Below are positions 29,095 to 37,312 of a stretch of 64,000 nucleotides of DNA, one piece after another. How positions within the stretch are numbered: the first letter of the stretch is position 1; every line of letters starts with the position of its first letter. The translations under genes were made by a program, and so were the position numbers. Under the pieces are notes generated by a model. It did not search any database. It had not been told where the DNA came from and saw only the letters and a list, made by a program, of their open reading frames with translations. The DNA lies in NCBI GenBank assembly GCA_964348275.1, contig CAYGBT010000003.1:10819-74818 (forward strand), in the 5' to 3' direction. The stretch comes from an uncultured bacterium. GTDB taxonomy: Bacteria; Methylomirabilota; Methylomirabilia; Methylomirabilales; CSP1-5.

Positions 29095-29138
29095 CTCCTT
29101 GGACCGCCGTTCCCCCTAAGCCTGAGTGGATGTGGGGG

Positions 29139-30260
29139 TCACTGCTGGTCTCCCGGGGATTTGCCCCCGTCCGGTTGGTAGACGCAGAGGGGTTCCTCCG
29201 CTAGATAGTCTCCGCTCGTTGCATAGGCTCGTGCCCGAGAACCTCCACAGATCCACCGAAACTCACACTGCCCGCATTTTCCCTTCAACCGGTCCATATC
29301 CCGGAGTTCGGCCAGCCAGGGAGAGTTTCGGTAGATTTCTGACAGGGGTTTCTCCCGCACGTTCCCGAGGAGGGGATAGGGGAGAAAGCCCGCGGGGTAG
29401 ACCTCCCCCTTGTGGGAGACGAAGATCACCCCATTTCCGTCTCTGACCCCAAAGCCCATTGTCTTTCCCAGTCTCTCGATATCATCGAGGGCCATGCCCT
29501 CCTCGAGCTTTCGTTGAATCCAGTGCCTTCGAAAATGTGGAGCCTCCACCGTACTTACATGGAAGGGTGCATCCCCGGAGATTGAGTAGATCCAGGTGAA
29601 AAGATGCTCCACGTCGTCCGCCGAAGGGAGTCCCAGCGTGGCTCCCCGACCCACCGGGACCAGAAGGAAGAGGCTCCATCGGCGGACGGGAGGGGAGGCT
29701 TCTTCCTGCAACAGGCGGTAGAGGGCGGGTAGATGGGGAAGGGTTTCACGAGTGACGGTGGTGTTCACCTGCACGGGGATGTTGGATTCCCGAGCCCACT
29801 GGAGGGCGTTCAAGGAGTGTTCGAACGTTCCGGGGACTCCCCGAAAGGTGTCGTGGACCTCTTGGTTAGGTCCATCCAGGCTGACCCCCATGGCGACCAC
29901 CCCCAGCCTCCGGAATTGGTGGACGGCGTCCCGAGTCAGGGTAGGGGTCGTGCTCGGGGTGATTCCGAGGGGTAAACGGATTTCCCGGGCGTACGCGATG
30001 AGCTCGAAGAGATCAGGCCGCTTCATGGGATCCCCGCCCGTGAAGATCATCATGCTCCCCATGGTCTTGACATCTCGCATCAGGCCTTTCGCTTCATCGG
30101 TGGTGAGCTCCAGGGGGTCTCGGTGGGGAATGGCCTCGGCCCGACAATGCTGACAGGCAAGATCACACGCAGTAGTCATCTCCCAGTAGACGTTGCGCGG
30201 GGCATCCAGATAGAGGTCTCGGGGATAGGTGAATCTCTCTTTGAACCCATCCTGGATCAC
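29139..30260 (-). CDS. Radical SAM enzyme with SPASM-type C-terminal domain
   Basis: Cx3Cx2C (CDLACQHC), GGDP SAM motif, C-terminal Cys cluster CGQCEFRWICGGSRARAY..PLC; GTG start with SD AGGAGA. Confidence 0.85.
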   Translation of the reverse strand: MIQDGFKERFTYPRDLYLDAPRNVYWEMTTACDLACQHCRAEAIPHRDPLELTTDEAKGLMRDVKTMGSMMIFTGGDPMKRPDLFELIAYAREIRLPLGITPSTTPTLTRDAVHQFRRLGVVAMGVSLDGPNQEVHDTFRGVPGTFEHSLNALQWARESNIPVQVNTTVTRETLPHLPALYRLLQEEASPPVRRWSLFLLVPVGRGATLGLPSADDVEHLFTWIYSISGDAPFHVSTVEAPHFRRHWIQRKLEEGMALDDIERLGKTMGFGVRDGNGVIFVSHKGEVYPAGFLPYPLLGNVREKPLSEIYRNSPWLAELRDMDRLKGKCGQCEFRWICGGSRARAYATSGDYLAEEPLCVYQPDGGKSPGDQQ

Positions 30261-30307
30261 GCGGATCTCCTGAGCGATGATCGTGCTTCCGGCTGCATGG
30301 GCGTTCT

Positions 30308-30514
30308 CTACCGTCGAAGCCGTCTATACTGCCGACACAGGATATGCTTCACAGTCGTACACCGGTTCCAGTATTCCCAGAAACCAGGGACCTTGGTGAA
30401 TCCAGAAGCGAGGTCCCGACAGTATCCCGGGATAACCCATTCCTGCGCGTCAGCCTGCCGCCAGAAATAGGGGCAATCTCTTTCGGGGAGTCCTCTTCGC
30501 ATCGGATCGGCCAT
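30308..30514 (-). CDS. Small Cys/Trp-rich protein (68 aa), family not recognised
   Basis: ATG preceded by AGGAAGG at 7 nt; 4 Cys, 4 Trp, basic tail; 47 nt upstream of the radical SAM gene and downstream of a sigma-54 promoter. Confidence 0.55.
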   Translation of the reverse strand: MADPMRRGLPERDCPYFWRQADAQEWVIPGYCRDLASGFTKVPGFWEYWNRCTTVKHILCRQYRRLRR

Positions 30515-30679
30515 GATTGAGCCTTCCTATCACTTGCTTGCCAAATTTCCGATCGTGAGGCCCTCCGGTCCTGAATCACGTCCGAGGGGTACAGCCGCAC
30601 TCCTCCTCGAGTGGTCACTCAACGCAAAAACCTTTGGCTGTTCTTCAAGAAGGAGCCAGACGAGTATACGGTCGTTCAG

Positions 30680-30696
30680 AGCAATGGCAGTGCCAC
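30680..30696 (-). promoter_or_regulatory. Sigma-54 (-24/-12) promoter, copy 1
   Basis: Minus-strand TGTGGCACTGCCATTGCT = TGGCAC-N5-TTGCT, about 165 nt upstream of ATG 30514. Confidence 0.65.
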
Positions 30697-30802
30697 AATC
30701 TCCGCTGTGGGCCCGCTGAGGTGTTGATTATTTAATCTCTTAATTTTAAAGGACGAAAGACAAGTGTGGGTGGCGGCACATGACAGGATCTGAAATGGGA
30801 AC

Positions 30803-30920
30803 TGGGACAACCATGTCCCAGAGCAGCGTGTTTTCTGACGCAGAGCATGTCTGGACCATATTTTTTACAGGGAGATATCCCCTGGGGCAACTCTGCCACA
30901 TTGGGAAACGGCTTGCCCCA
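30803..30920 (-). promoter_or_regulatory. Putative enhancer (three dyads plus A-tract), copy 1
   Basis: Plus-strand TGGGACAACCATGTCCCA (30803-30820), TATTTTTTACAGG, TGGGGCAACTCTGCCACA (30883-30900), TTGGGAAACGGCTTGCCCCA (30901-30920); same order and spacing as at 42073-42191. Confidence 0.5.
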
Positions 30921-30968
30921 CTTGGTACGCCAGACATGTCCCTCGGCCGTGGTGACGTCTTTACCTTT

Positions 30969-31754
30969 TTATTTATCAGAAATTGGGAAGGCGTAGGTCA
31001 GGCCAAAAGTGATCCCCCAATTGTCCGATCCATCGCTCAGGCCGGCGAAGCCGCCAACATCGAATTTCAGTTCACCTGGCGTCGTATACGTAAGCCCTAA
31101 GAGCGCGGTTGCCTCGTCGTCGGCGTCTGGGATTGCCTTCCCCTGGAATTCGCCGACGAGGGCGATCCCATCGGCGATGCTGACCTCAGCCGCCATCGCC
31201 CAGAGAAAGACACCGACGTAATCGGCATCGTCGGGGTGTGGCTCGACTCCACCCCCGAGGTCCAGGATGTACAGGAGGGGTCCGGCCTCTCCCGTGAGGG
31301 CCACGAGACCGGTGACACCGACCCGCCGCGTCTCATCCGGCTGAAACTCCTCCCGGGCCGTGGGAAAAGTGAGGCCGAGTTCGGTGGCGAAAGATGGAGC
31401 CCCCTCCTCACCCTCCCACCAGAGGTTCTTAAAGGTCAGCTCCGTATCGCTAACGCTGCCGAGGGTCTCATCCGCTTCGTCATCGTCCACGAGCTCGAAT
31501 CCGGTGCCGATATCAATTTCGAACCGGTTTACGATGCCGATGTTGAAGGCGGCACTCGGCAGGGCGTAGCTCGTCTCGTCAGCATCATCCCGGGTATTTC
31601 GACTGACGTCGATCCCGAGCTCTATTTCTACCTCTCCAGGGGCCACGACCGCGGCATCGGTGGCGGCGAGGAAGGGCCGGAGGGCATGGGCGTCTTCACC
31701 CAGGATCAGGCCCATGATCCCTCCGGCCATGAGGACAATAGACCCCCACCTCAT
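30969..31754 (-). CDS. Putative outer-membrane beta-barrel protein with Asp/Glu-rich loops
   Basis: Signal peptide (..GEDAHA/LRPF), alternating-polarity strands, acidic loops (DDDEADE, PDADDEA, HPDDADY); resembles MetA-pathway/transporter-type barrels. Start at ATG 31754 assumed. Confidence 0.5.
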   Translation of the reverse strand: MRWGSIVLMAGGIMGLILGEDAHALRPFLAATDAAVVAPGEVEIELGIDVSRNTRDDADETSYALPSAAFNIGIVNRFEIDIGTGFELVDDDEADETLGSVSDTELTFKNLWWEGEEGAPSFATELGLTFPTAREEFQPDETRRVGVTGLVALTGEAGPLLYILDLGGGVEPHPDDADYVGVFLWAMAAEVSIADGIALVGEFQGKAIPDADDEATALLGLTYTTPGELKFDVGGFAGLSDGSDNWGITFGLTYAFPISDK

Positions 31755-31941
31755 TACACGGCGATCCACATCTTCGCCTCGCATCGCCTAAGCCCTCCTA
31801 TCGTCTTGGTGGAAGACGAGGAAAGGGGGGCTTTCGACGAGGCCGTGGTTCGCCCCCCAGCGAAATCTTCTGGTCTTGGCGTTCTGGCTCCCGCTTTACC
31901 TCCTCGCTCGGGGCAGAGACTTGAGCCTGTGCCGGTCAACG

Positions 31942-32730
31942 CTATTTTTTCGGCAGTGTCTGGGAATGAGCGAGCACATCGACAGCTTGCTTGATGTCCC
32001 AACCCAGAACCACCGCCGAAGGCATAGGAGGATCACTCCCGGGATGTCCCATCCGGACTTTATGCAGGAACTCCTGCGGGTTCTTATTGGCCAACGTGCC
32101 GAGGAACTCAGGCTTTTCCTCGCTACCGAAGTTCAACTTCTTCCCGTCAGCTCCGTGACACGCAACGCAAAGACCGGCAAGCGTCTTCCCGCGGCTCGCA
32201 TCTGCTCCGATCGGCTTCTTCGTCGTGTAGTCGATCACCTTGGTCATGTCGACAAGCCCATCGTTGAGAAAGTTCGCGAGATCGGCGATATCTTGGTCCC
32301 GCATGACTTTTGAGAAATCATGTTTTTTATTGGCCGATCCTCGCAGGATTGCCGCCAGTTGCTCGACACCCTTCTTTTGGGCTGCGTCCCACACGCCGGG
32401 GAATCCTGTGCGATGAGAGCCTGACCCGTAGGCACCATCCTTGCCTTGATAGTCCCAGCCATGGCATTCCTTGCAGCGCCACGTAGTATCTCCCTTCCGT
32501 GTGTTGGTAGTCTGGAGGGACCACAGGGGATGGTCACCCTTGGGCGTGGTAGCCCCCGGAACAACTTTCCACCACTTGTCGTATAACAATCCTCCACGGG
32601 CGACACTCTTGGCGTCAGACCCCGCAGCGGCAGCAAGTGAAATCAGCCCGCTCCCATAGTCCGGTTGGAAACTTAGAGTGAGCCACGCTGCCAGAAAAAC
32701 CAAAGCACTCGCGAACATAACCTTTTTCAT
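31942..32730 (-). CDS. Diheme c-type cytochrome
   Basis: Signal peptide; two CxxCH sites (CKECH, CVACH). Confidence 0.8.
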   Translation of the reverse strand: MKKVMFASALVFLAAWLTLSFQPDYGSGLISLAAAAGSDAKSVARGGLLYDKWWKVVPGATTPKGDHPLWSLQTTNTRKGDTTWRCKECHGWDYQGKDGAYGSGSHRTGFPGVWDAAQKKGVEQLAAILRGSANKKHDFSKVMRDQDIADLANFLNDGLVDMTKVIDYTTKKPIGADASRGKTLAGLCVACHGADGKKLNFGSEEKPEFLGTLANKNPQEFLHKVRMGHPGSDPPMPSAVVLGWDIKQAVDVLAHSQTLPKK

Positions 32731-32830
32731 GTCTTTTCCTCCTTCTCTCTCAGTTCCCTTCGTTCTCTGTCAGATACTCTAAGATATGCCCGCACGGGGG
32801 ACTTCGTTGTAAAAAGCGCGCGAGCGACCT

Positions 32831-33313
32831 TCAGGCTAAGGAATCTTTGCTCCTGAGGCGATCTTGGATCTCTTTGGCCAGCGCTGCCTGCAGCGTTTGG
32901 AATCGTCCACCAATGATACGGGCGGTGTTTTTCATGACAATGTAGCCCAGGCGAATATTTGTCTCACACAAGTGTTGAATATCAGCTTGGCTTATCTGCA
33001 ACACCTCAGAATCTTCTTTCGCGTACGCCGACAACGTGTATTTGTGGGGATGGGTCACCGCCGACCAACCAAACACTGCCCTTGGGACCTTTATTTCGAA
33101 GGGGATTTCTACCGTGGCACTGTAGTACGAGACTCTGGACCGAAGCTCAATCTCTCCCGCGCATACTAGAAACAGGGATGTGGCCTGTTCGCCCTCCTTG
33201 AAGATTTGTTCTCCCTTCTGGAACTTCTTGGTTTTGCACAGCTTTTTGATGGCCGCCAGGTCTTCCGGTCCCAGACCTTCAAAGATGCTGAATCTCACAA
33301 GTTGTTCTGTCAC
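32831..33313 (-). CDS. Stand-alone cyclic-nucleotide-binding domain protein
   Basis: 160-aa cNMP-binding beta-roll pattern (FKEGEQATSLFLVCAGEIEL). Confidence 0.75.
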   Translation of the reverse strand: MTEQLVRFSIFEGLGPEDLAAIKKLCKTKKFQKGEQIFKEGEQATSLFLVCAGEIELRSRVSYYSATVEIPFEIKVPRAVFGWSAVTHPHKYTLSAYAKEDSEVLQISQADIQHLCETNIRLGYIVMKNTARIIGGRFQTLQAALAKEIQDRLRSKDSLA

Positions 33314-33805
33314 GGCTACTTCCTCCTATCCCGCACCGCTGTCTGGATTTCACTGAATAAGCGGAGCCAAACCGCTGCCCGTGCCGCCGTGTGGGCAGCA
33401 GCCGCGCCAGTCCGGGAGCCCGCGAGTGAAACTTCTTTGCGGGCAGGATGACACCCGAGAAGGTGTCGCGCTTTCTGGTCCGCGAACCCACTGTACCGGA
33501 AATGGGCTACGAAGTAAACCTACCCGAGCTCTACCGCTGCATCTCCTGTGGTGTCTCCTCCTCCCGAGGATCTCGTCGGCGGCCGCCAAGGCTGTCACGT
33601 TGTTGGGCTGCACCTGTTCCCGCGTGAGTCTGTCGTACCGTCGATCCTAGGTGCATCGGTATCCTTGATCTTCTTGGTTTCCAACCCGATCTGCGCTGAC
33701 TAGGCTGTTCCGGGAGTAACCAGGGCGAATGGCATCAGTCGAACGAGCGCCCCCAGTAACCGTTTGATGGTCTAGGCACTTTTCCTTTATGCGTTGGGTG
33801 TCTCC

Positions 33806-35032
33806 TTACTTGCGCTTGCCCTTGAGCCCGTCCAGCTCAACCGATCCTCCCCCCATGTACAGCAGATAGGCAATCAGGTCGGCCATCTCCCCTCCCTTGA
33901 AGACCGGCCAGGCCATGTCCTGCTCCAGCATCATTTCTTCCATACTGGACGCGTGATTCCACATCGCAGTGATGACCTCCAGGGGGGTACCAAGGCCCGC
34001 CGCCGTCGCGAGATTCGGCCCCACAGTTTCGCGAACGCCCCCGAAGGAGTGACAGGAGACACACTGTTTCTCCACGATCACAACCCGCCCCCTTTGGGGG
34101 TCCGCCGCCGGGTCGATGAACTGGAAGAAGTAAAGGTAGTTAATAAGATCCGACATCTGTTTCGTGCTGAGAGAGGGCTCCTTGATCCCCATCTCAACCA
34201 TTTTCTCCCACATCTTGGGGCCGTGGTTCCACATCGCTCCGGCGATGCGCATGAGGCTTCCCGTGAGCGTGGTGCCGAGGTCTGGACCCACCTTGGCGCC
34301 GTGGCCTCGGATCGCGTGGCACTCGACGCACCGCTTCTCCCGGTACAGCTTCTCGCCCCGCTCAGGACTTCCCGGCGGGGCGTACACTCGCTCGAGGCCG
34401 CCAGCGACATCCCGGATATAGGCGAGGAGGTCTGGGATGTCATTCCCCTCAAAGGTGGGGCGCGACACGCCCATCTCCCGCATCGTCTCCGCCATCGCCT
34501 TCCCCTTCTTCCACAGGTCAGTCGTCAAAAAGAGGGGAGAAGCGTACCGGCCGTACTTGTCAAGCGCGGGGCCGATACTCCCGCCTCTCCCTCCCAAGGA
34601 GTGACAGGCCTCGCAGCCCTTTTGGCGGAAGAGGCGTGCGCCGAATGCCGGGTCTCCCGGAGGATCGAGGGAGTTTAGGTAGTACAGGAATGCGATGAGG
34701 CTTGCCATTTCCGAGGGCTCGAATGTGGGCCGGGAAACCCTTTTTTCTCGGAGGACCTGCTCCATTCCGGGGAAGTGGTTCCACATCACCCCGGCGATCT
34801 CCAACAGAGGACGGTTCAGGATCCCCCGGCCCAGCTCGGGCCCCGCGACTCCTCCCACTCCGGTGACCGCATGACACTGCAAACACCCTTTCTCGATGAA
34901 CAGTCGGCTTCCTTCAAGGGGATCACCCGGGAGGAGGGCCGAGAGGGCTCCATGGCCGCCAAAGGATGACGCAGGCACAATGCCAAATCCGACCAGTAAG
35001 GCGAGGCCGAACAACAGGGTTTTGACCTTCAT
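33806..35032 (-). CDS. Four-domain (tetraheme) class-I-type cytochrome c, paralogue 2
   Basis: Signal peptide MKVKTLLFGLALLVGFG; CLQCH, CEACH, CVECH, CVSCH, each followed by an (A)MWNH..M block; ATGA overlap with the upstream small gene. Confidence 0.85.
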   Translation of the reverse strand: MKVKTLLFGLALLVGFGIVPASSFGGHGALSALLPGDPLEGSRLFIEKGCLQCHAVTGVGGVAGPELGRGILNRPLLEIAGVMWNHFPGMEQVLREKRVSRPTFEPSEMASLIAFLYYLNSLDPPGDPAFGARLFRQKGCEACHSLGGRGGSIGPALDKYGRYASPLFLTTDLWKKGKAMAETMREMGVSRPTFEGNDIPDLLAYIRDVAGGLERVYAPPGSPERGEKLYREKRCVECHAIRGHGAKVGPDLGTTLTGSLMRIAGAMWNHGPKMWEKMVEMGIKEPSLSTKQMSDLINYLYFFQFIDPAADPQRGRVVIVEKQCVSCHSFGGVRETVGPNLATAAGLGTPLEVITAMWNHASSMEEMMLEQDMAWPVFKGGEMADLIAYLLYMGGGSVELDGLKGKRK

Positions 35033-35280
35033 GGCTCGCTCCGATCCGTGAGGAGCCCCCAGATGACGTAAAGGACCACGCCGAGGAGCACCAGAAAGAC
35101 CGGGATCGCCACTAACGAGATGCCGATAGAGGCAGAAGGGACGTCCCTGAGGTACCAGGCGGTGCGGATCAGGTGGATGATCCAGATCACGATCCCTCCG
35201 ACGAACAGGACAAAACCTCCCGCTATGGCCCACTGCATGATTCTCACGATTCGATCCGGCGCTGCATGCGGGCGATCCAT
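35029..35280 (-). CDS. Small two-TM membrane protein (83 aa)
   Basis: ATG 35280 lies 1 nt after the NrfD-like stop, with GGAGGG as SD; two hydrophobic helices; coupled to the downstream cytochrome. Confidence 0.5.
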   Translation of the reverse strand: MDRPHAAPDRIVRIMQWAIAGGFVLFVGGIVIWIIHLIRTAWYLRDVPSASIGISLVAIPVFLVLLGVVLYVIWGLLTDRSEP

Positions 35281-35281
35281 G

Positions 35282-36646
35282 TCACCCTCCTCCCTTGGCC
35301 GGGATGAATTCGGGCTCACCCGCTTCCGGGAGGTAGGTCAGGAGACGCTCCTCCACCTCTTTGATGCCTACCTCCCGCCCCTCCTCTATCTCCCAGATGG
35401 AGATGATGGGGAAGAGCTTGGTGAAGAGGAGATAAAAGAGGGCGAACAAGGCAAAGCTGGCCGCCGTTTCTCCCAGCTCTACCCACGTCGGCCAGTAGAT
35501 GCCCGCGGGGAATGGCAGCCGTGGGTACGACAGGGTGGGAACGACGATGATGAAGCGCTCAAGCCACATCCCCACCAGGACCGACAGGGACGCGGTCAGG
35601 ACTTTTCCGATGGTTTGCCCGTCGAGCCTCACCAGGCACAGGAGTGGGATGACGAAGTTGGTGAGGATCATCCCCCAGAAGAATGGCCAGAAGGGACCTG
35701 TGAACTTGGCCCAGAAGACCTTCATCTCCTCTGGATCGCCGCCATAGTAACCGGTCAGGTACTCGGTGAATGTGAAGTAGAACCAGAGGAGTGACATCAC
35801 GAGCAGGAGCTGTCCCAGGTACCTAAAATGAACCGGTCTGAGGTAGCTCTGAAGACCGTACATCTTTCTGAAAATGAGCATGGCCACGATGAGGGCGGCG
35901 ATGCCGGAGAAGATGGCCCCTACCACGAAGTACGGCCCGAAAATCGTCGAATGCCACATCGGCTGGAGCGTCATGGAGAAGACGAAAGAGACCACCGTAT
36001 GGACCGAGACGGCGATCGGGATCACGAGGACCGCCATGATGGCAATGGCGCGGTTGAGAACCTTATGCTGACGCTCCGTCCCCCGCCATCCCAGGGCCAA
36101 CACGGTATAAAAAAACTTTCGCTTTCCGAGACGGTCCCTGAGAATGGCGATATCCGGGATCATAGGGATCCACAGGTAGATGAGGCTGGCCGTCAGGTAG
36201 GCGCTGATACTGGTAGCGTCCCAGAGGAGGGGAGACTGGTAGCGGCCGTGATGGATGACGTTCATGGCCCGGTCAGGCCGACCCAGGTCCACCAGGATCT
36301 GTCCGGCGCCGATGAAGAGGACCATCACGGTGATCACCTCAGCCATCCGGGTGATGGGGCGCCGCCACTCGGCCTTCGAGAGGCGGAGGATGGCCGAGAT
36401 GAGCGTCCCCGCGTGGCTGATCCCGATGAAAAAGACAAAGTTGGTGACGTAAAAACCCCAGGAAACCGGCTGGTGGAGCCCGGTGACGCCCAGGCCTTCG
36501 TTGAGCTGGACCGAGTAGGCAAAGCCTCCCCAGAGGACAATGAGAAACAGGATGGCCACGGCCAAGTAGAAATTACGTCCCGTGTGCTCGATCGGAGCGA
36601 GGAGGATGGCATCTCGCATGTCAGTGGTATGTGCCACGAACTTCAC
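35282..36646 (-). CDS. NrfD/PsrC-type integral membrane quinone-interacting subunit (ActC/QrcD-like)
   Basis: Polytopic protein aligning with the ActC paralogue at 46141-47466 from its N-terminus. GTG start overlaps the Fe-S subunit stop (GTGA). Confidence 0.85.
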   Translation of the reverse strand: MKFVAHTTDMRDAILLAPIEHTGRNFYLAVAILFLIVLWGGFAYSVQLNEGLGVTGLHQPVSWGFYVTNFVFFIGISHAGTLISAILRLSKAEWRRPITRMAEVITVMVLFIGAGQILVDLGRPDRAMNVIHHGRYQSPLLWDATSISAYLTASLIYLWIPMIPDIAILRDRLGKRKFFYTVLALGWRGTERQHKVLNRAIAIMAVLVIPIAVSVHTVVSFVFSMTLQPMWHSTIFGPYFVVGAIFSGIAALIVAMLIFRKMYGLQSYLRPVHFRYLGQLLLVMSLLWFYFTFTEYLTGYYGGDPEEMKVFWAKFTGPFWPFFWGMILTNFVIPLLCLVRLDGQTIGKVLTASLSVLVGMWLERFIIVVPTLSYPRLPFPAGIYWPTWVELGETAASFALFALFYLLFTKLFPIISIWEIEEGREVGIKEVEERLLTYLPEAGEPEFIPAKGGG

Positions 36647-37311
36647 CCTTTCAGGTAGATCACCTTGGGCTTTGTCCCGAGCTCTTCCTGGAGCCTCATG
36701 GCCCGTGGGCTCCGGGCGAGCTTTGACACCTCGCTGCCAGGATCGGAGAAATCCCCAAAGACGATGGCTCGGGCGGGACACGCCTCAGCACAGGCGGGAA
36801 CGTATTCCCCCGGCTCGATCCCCCGTTCTTCGGCGCGGGACCGTGCGCGCACCTTCTGGAGACGATGGTGGCAGAAGGTGCATTTCTCCACCACGCCGTT
36901 TGAGCGGACGGAGACGTCTGGGTTCTGCGCTGGGCCCTCTTTCTGGTAAGTGTGCCAGTTGAAGTACTTGGCGTTATACGGGCAAGCGGCCATGCAGAAG
37001 CGACAGCCGATACAGCGGGCGTAAATCTGGGCGACGATCCCCTCCGGGTTCCGGTAGGTGGCGTAGACGGGACAGACCTTCGTGCAGGGAGGATCGTCGC
37101 AGTGGAGACACGGCCTTGGCAGGAACCGGATCTTCCCGTCAGGGTGTTCTTCATCCGCTTCGGTGAGGACCTGCATCCAACTGATGGTCCGCCCTCTGCT
37201 GGCCTCCTTGGCTCCAACGGCCGGGATGTTGTTCTCGGCCTTGCAGGCCATGACGCAGGCCTGGCATCCGGTGCAGCGATCCAGATCGATCACCATCCCC
37301 CAGAGTGCCAT
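36643..37311 (-). CDS. 4x[4Fe-4S] ferredoxin-type subunit (ActB2/QrcC/PsrB-like)
   Basis: CTGCQACVMACK, CLHCDDPPCTKVCP, CIGCRFCMAACP, CTFCHHR...CAEACP cluster motifs. Confidence 0.9.
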   Translation of the reverse strand: MALWGMVIDLDRCTGCQACVMACKAENNIPAVGAKEASRGRTISWMQVLTEADEEHPDGKIRFLPRPCLHCDDPPCTKVCPVYATYRNPEGIVAQIYARCIGCRFCMAACPYNAKYFNWHTYQKEGPAQNPDVSVRSNGVVEKCTFCHHRLQKVRARSRAEERGIEPGEYVPACAEACPARAIVFGDFSDPGSEVSKLARSPRAMRLQEELGTKPKVIYLKG

Positions 37312-37312
37312 G

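Noticed and set aside
30349-30618. An 89-aa ORF in another frame overlapping the 68-aa Cys/Trp-rich ORF
   Set aside because: It has no Shine-Dalgarno sequence and an Arg/Ser/Gly-rich composition. The 68-aa frame has a well-spaced SD and lies in operon register with the radical SAM gene.
30746-30937. A 63-aa ORF whose N-terminal part (MWQSCPRGYLPVKN..QTC) resembles the start of the 562-aa cytochrome ORF (MWHSCPKRYLPVKN..QTC); possibly a conserved leader peptide
   Set aside because: The similarity is at nucleotide level and continues beyond the point where the two reading frames diverge. Substitutions are not biased to third positions. The region is better explained as dyad/A-tract enhancer DNA upstream of sigma-54 promoters.
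33400-33520. Cobalamin-riboswitch-like fragments (GTGAAAC..GCGGGC, CCCACTGTACC) in the 490-bp gap
   Set aside because: The B12-box-like string is separated by about 50 nt from the GTGAAA-like block. The order and spacing do not fit the consensus as I recall it, and there is no AGGGAA core.
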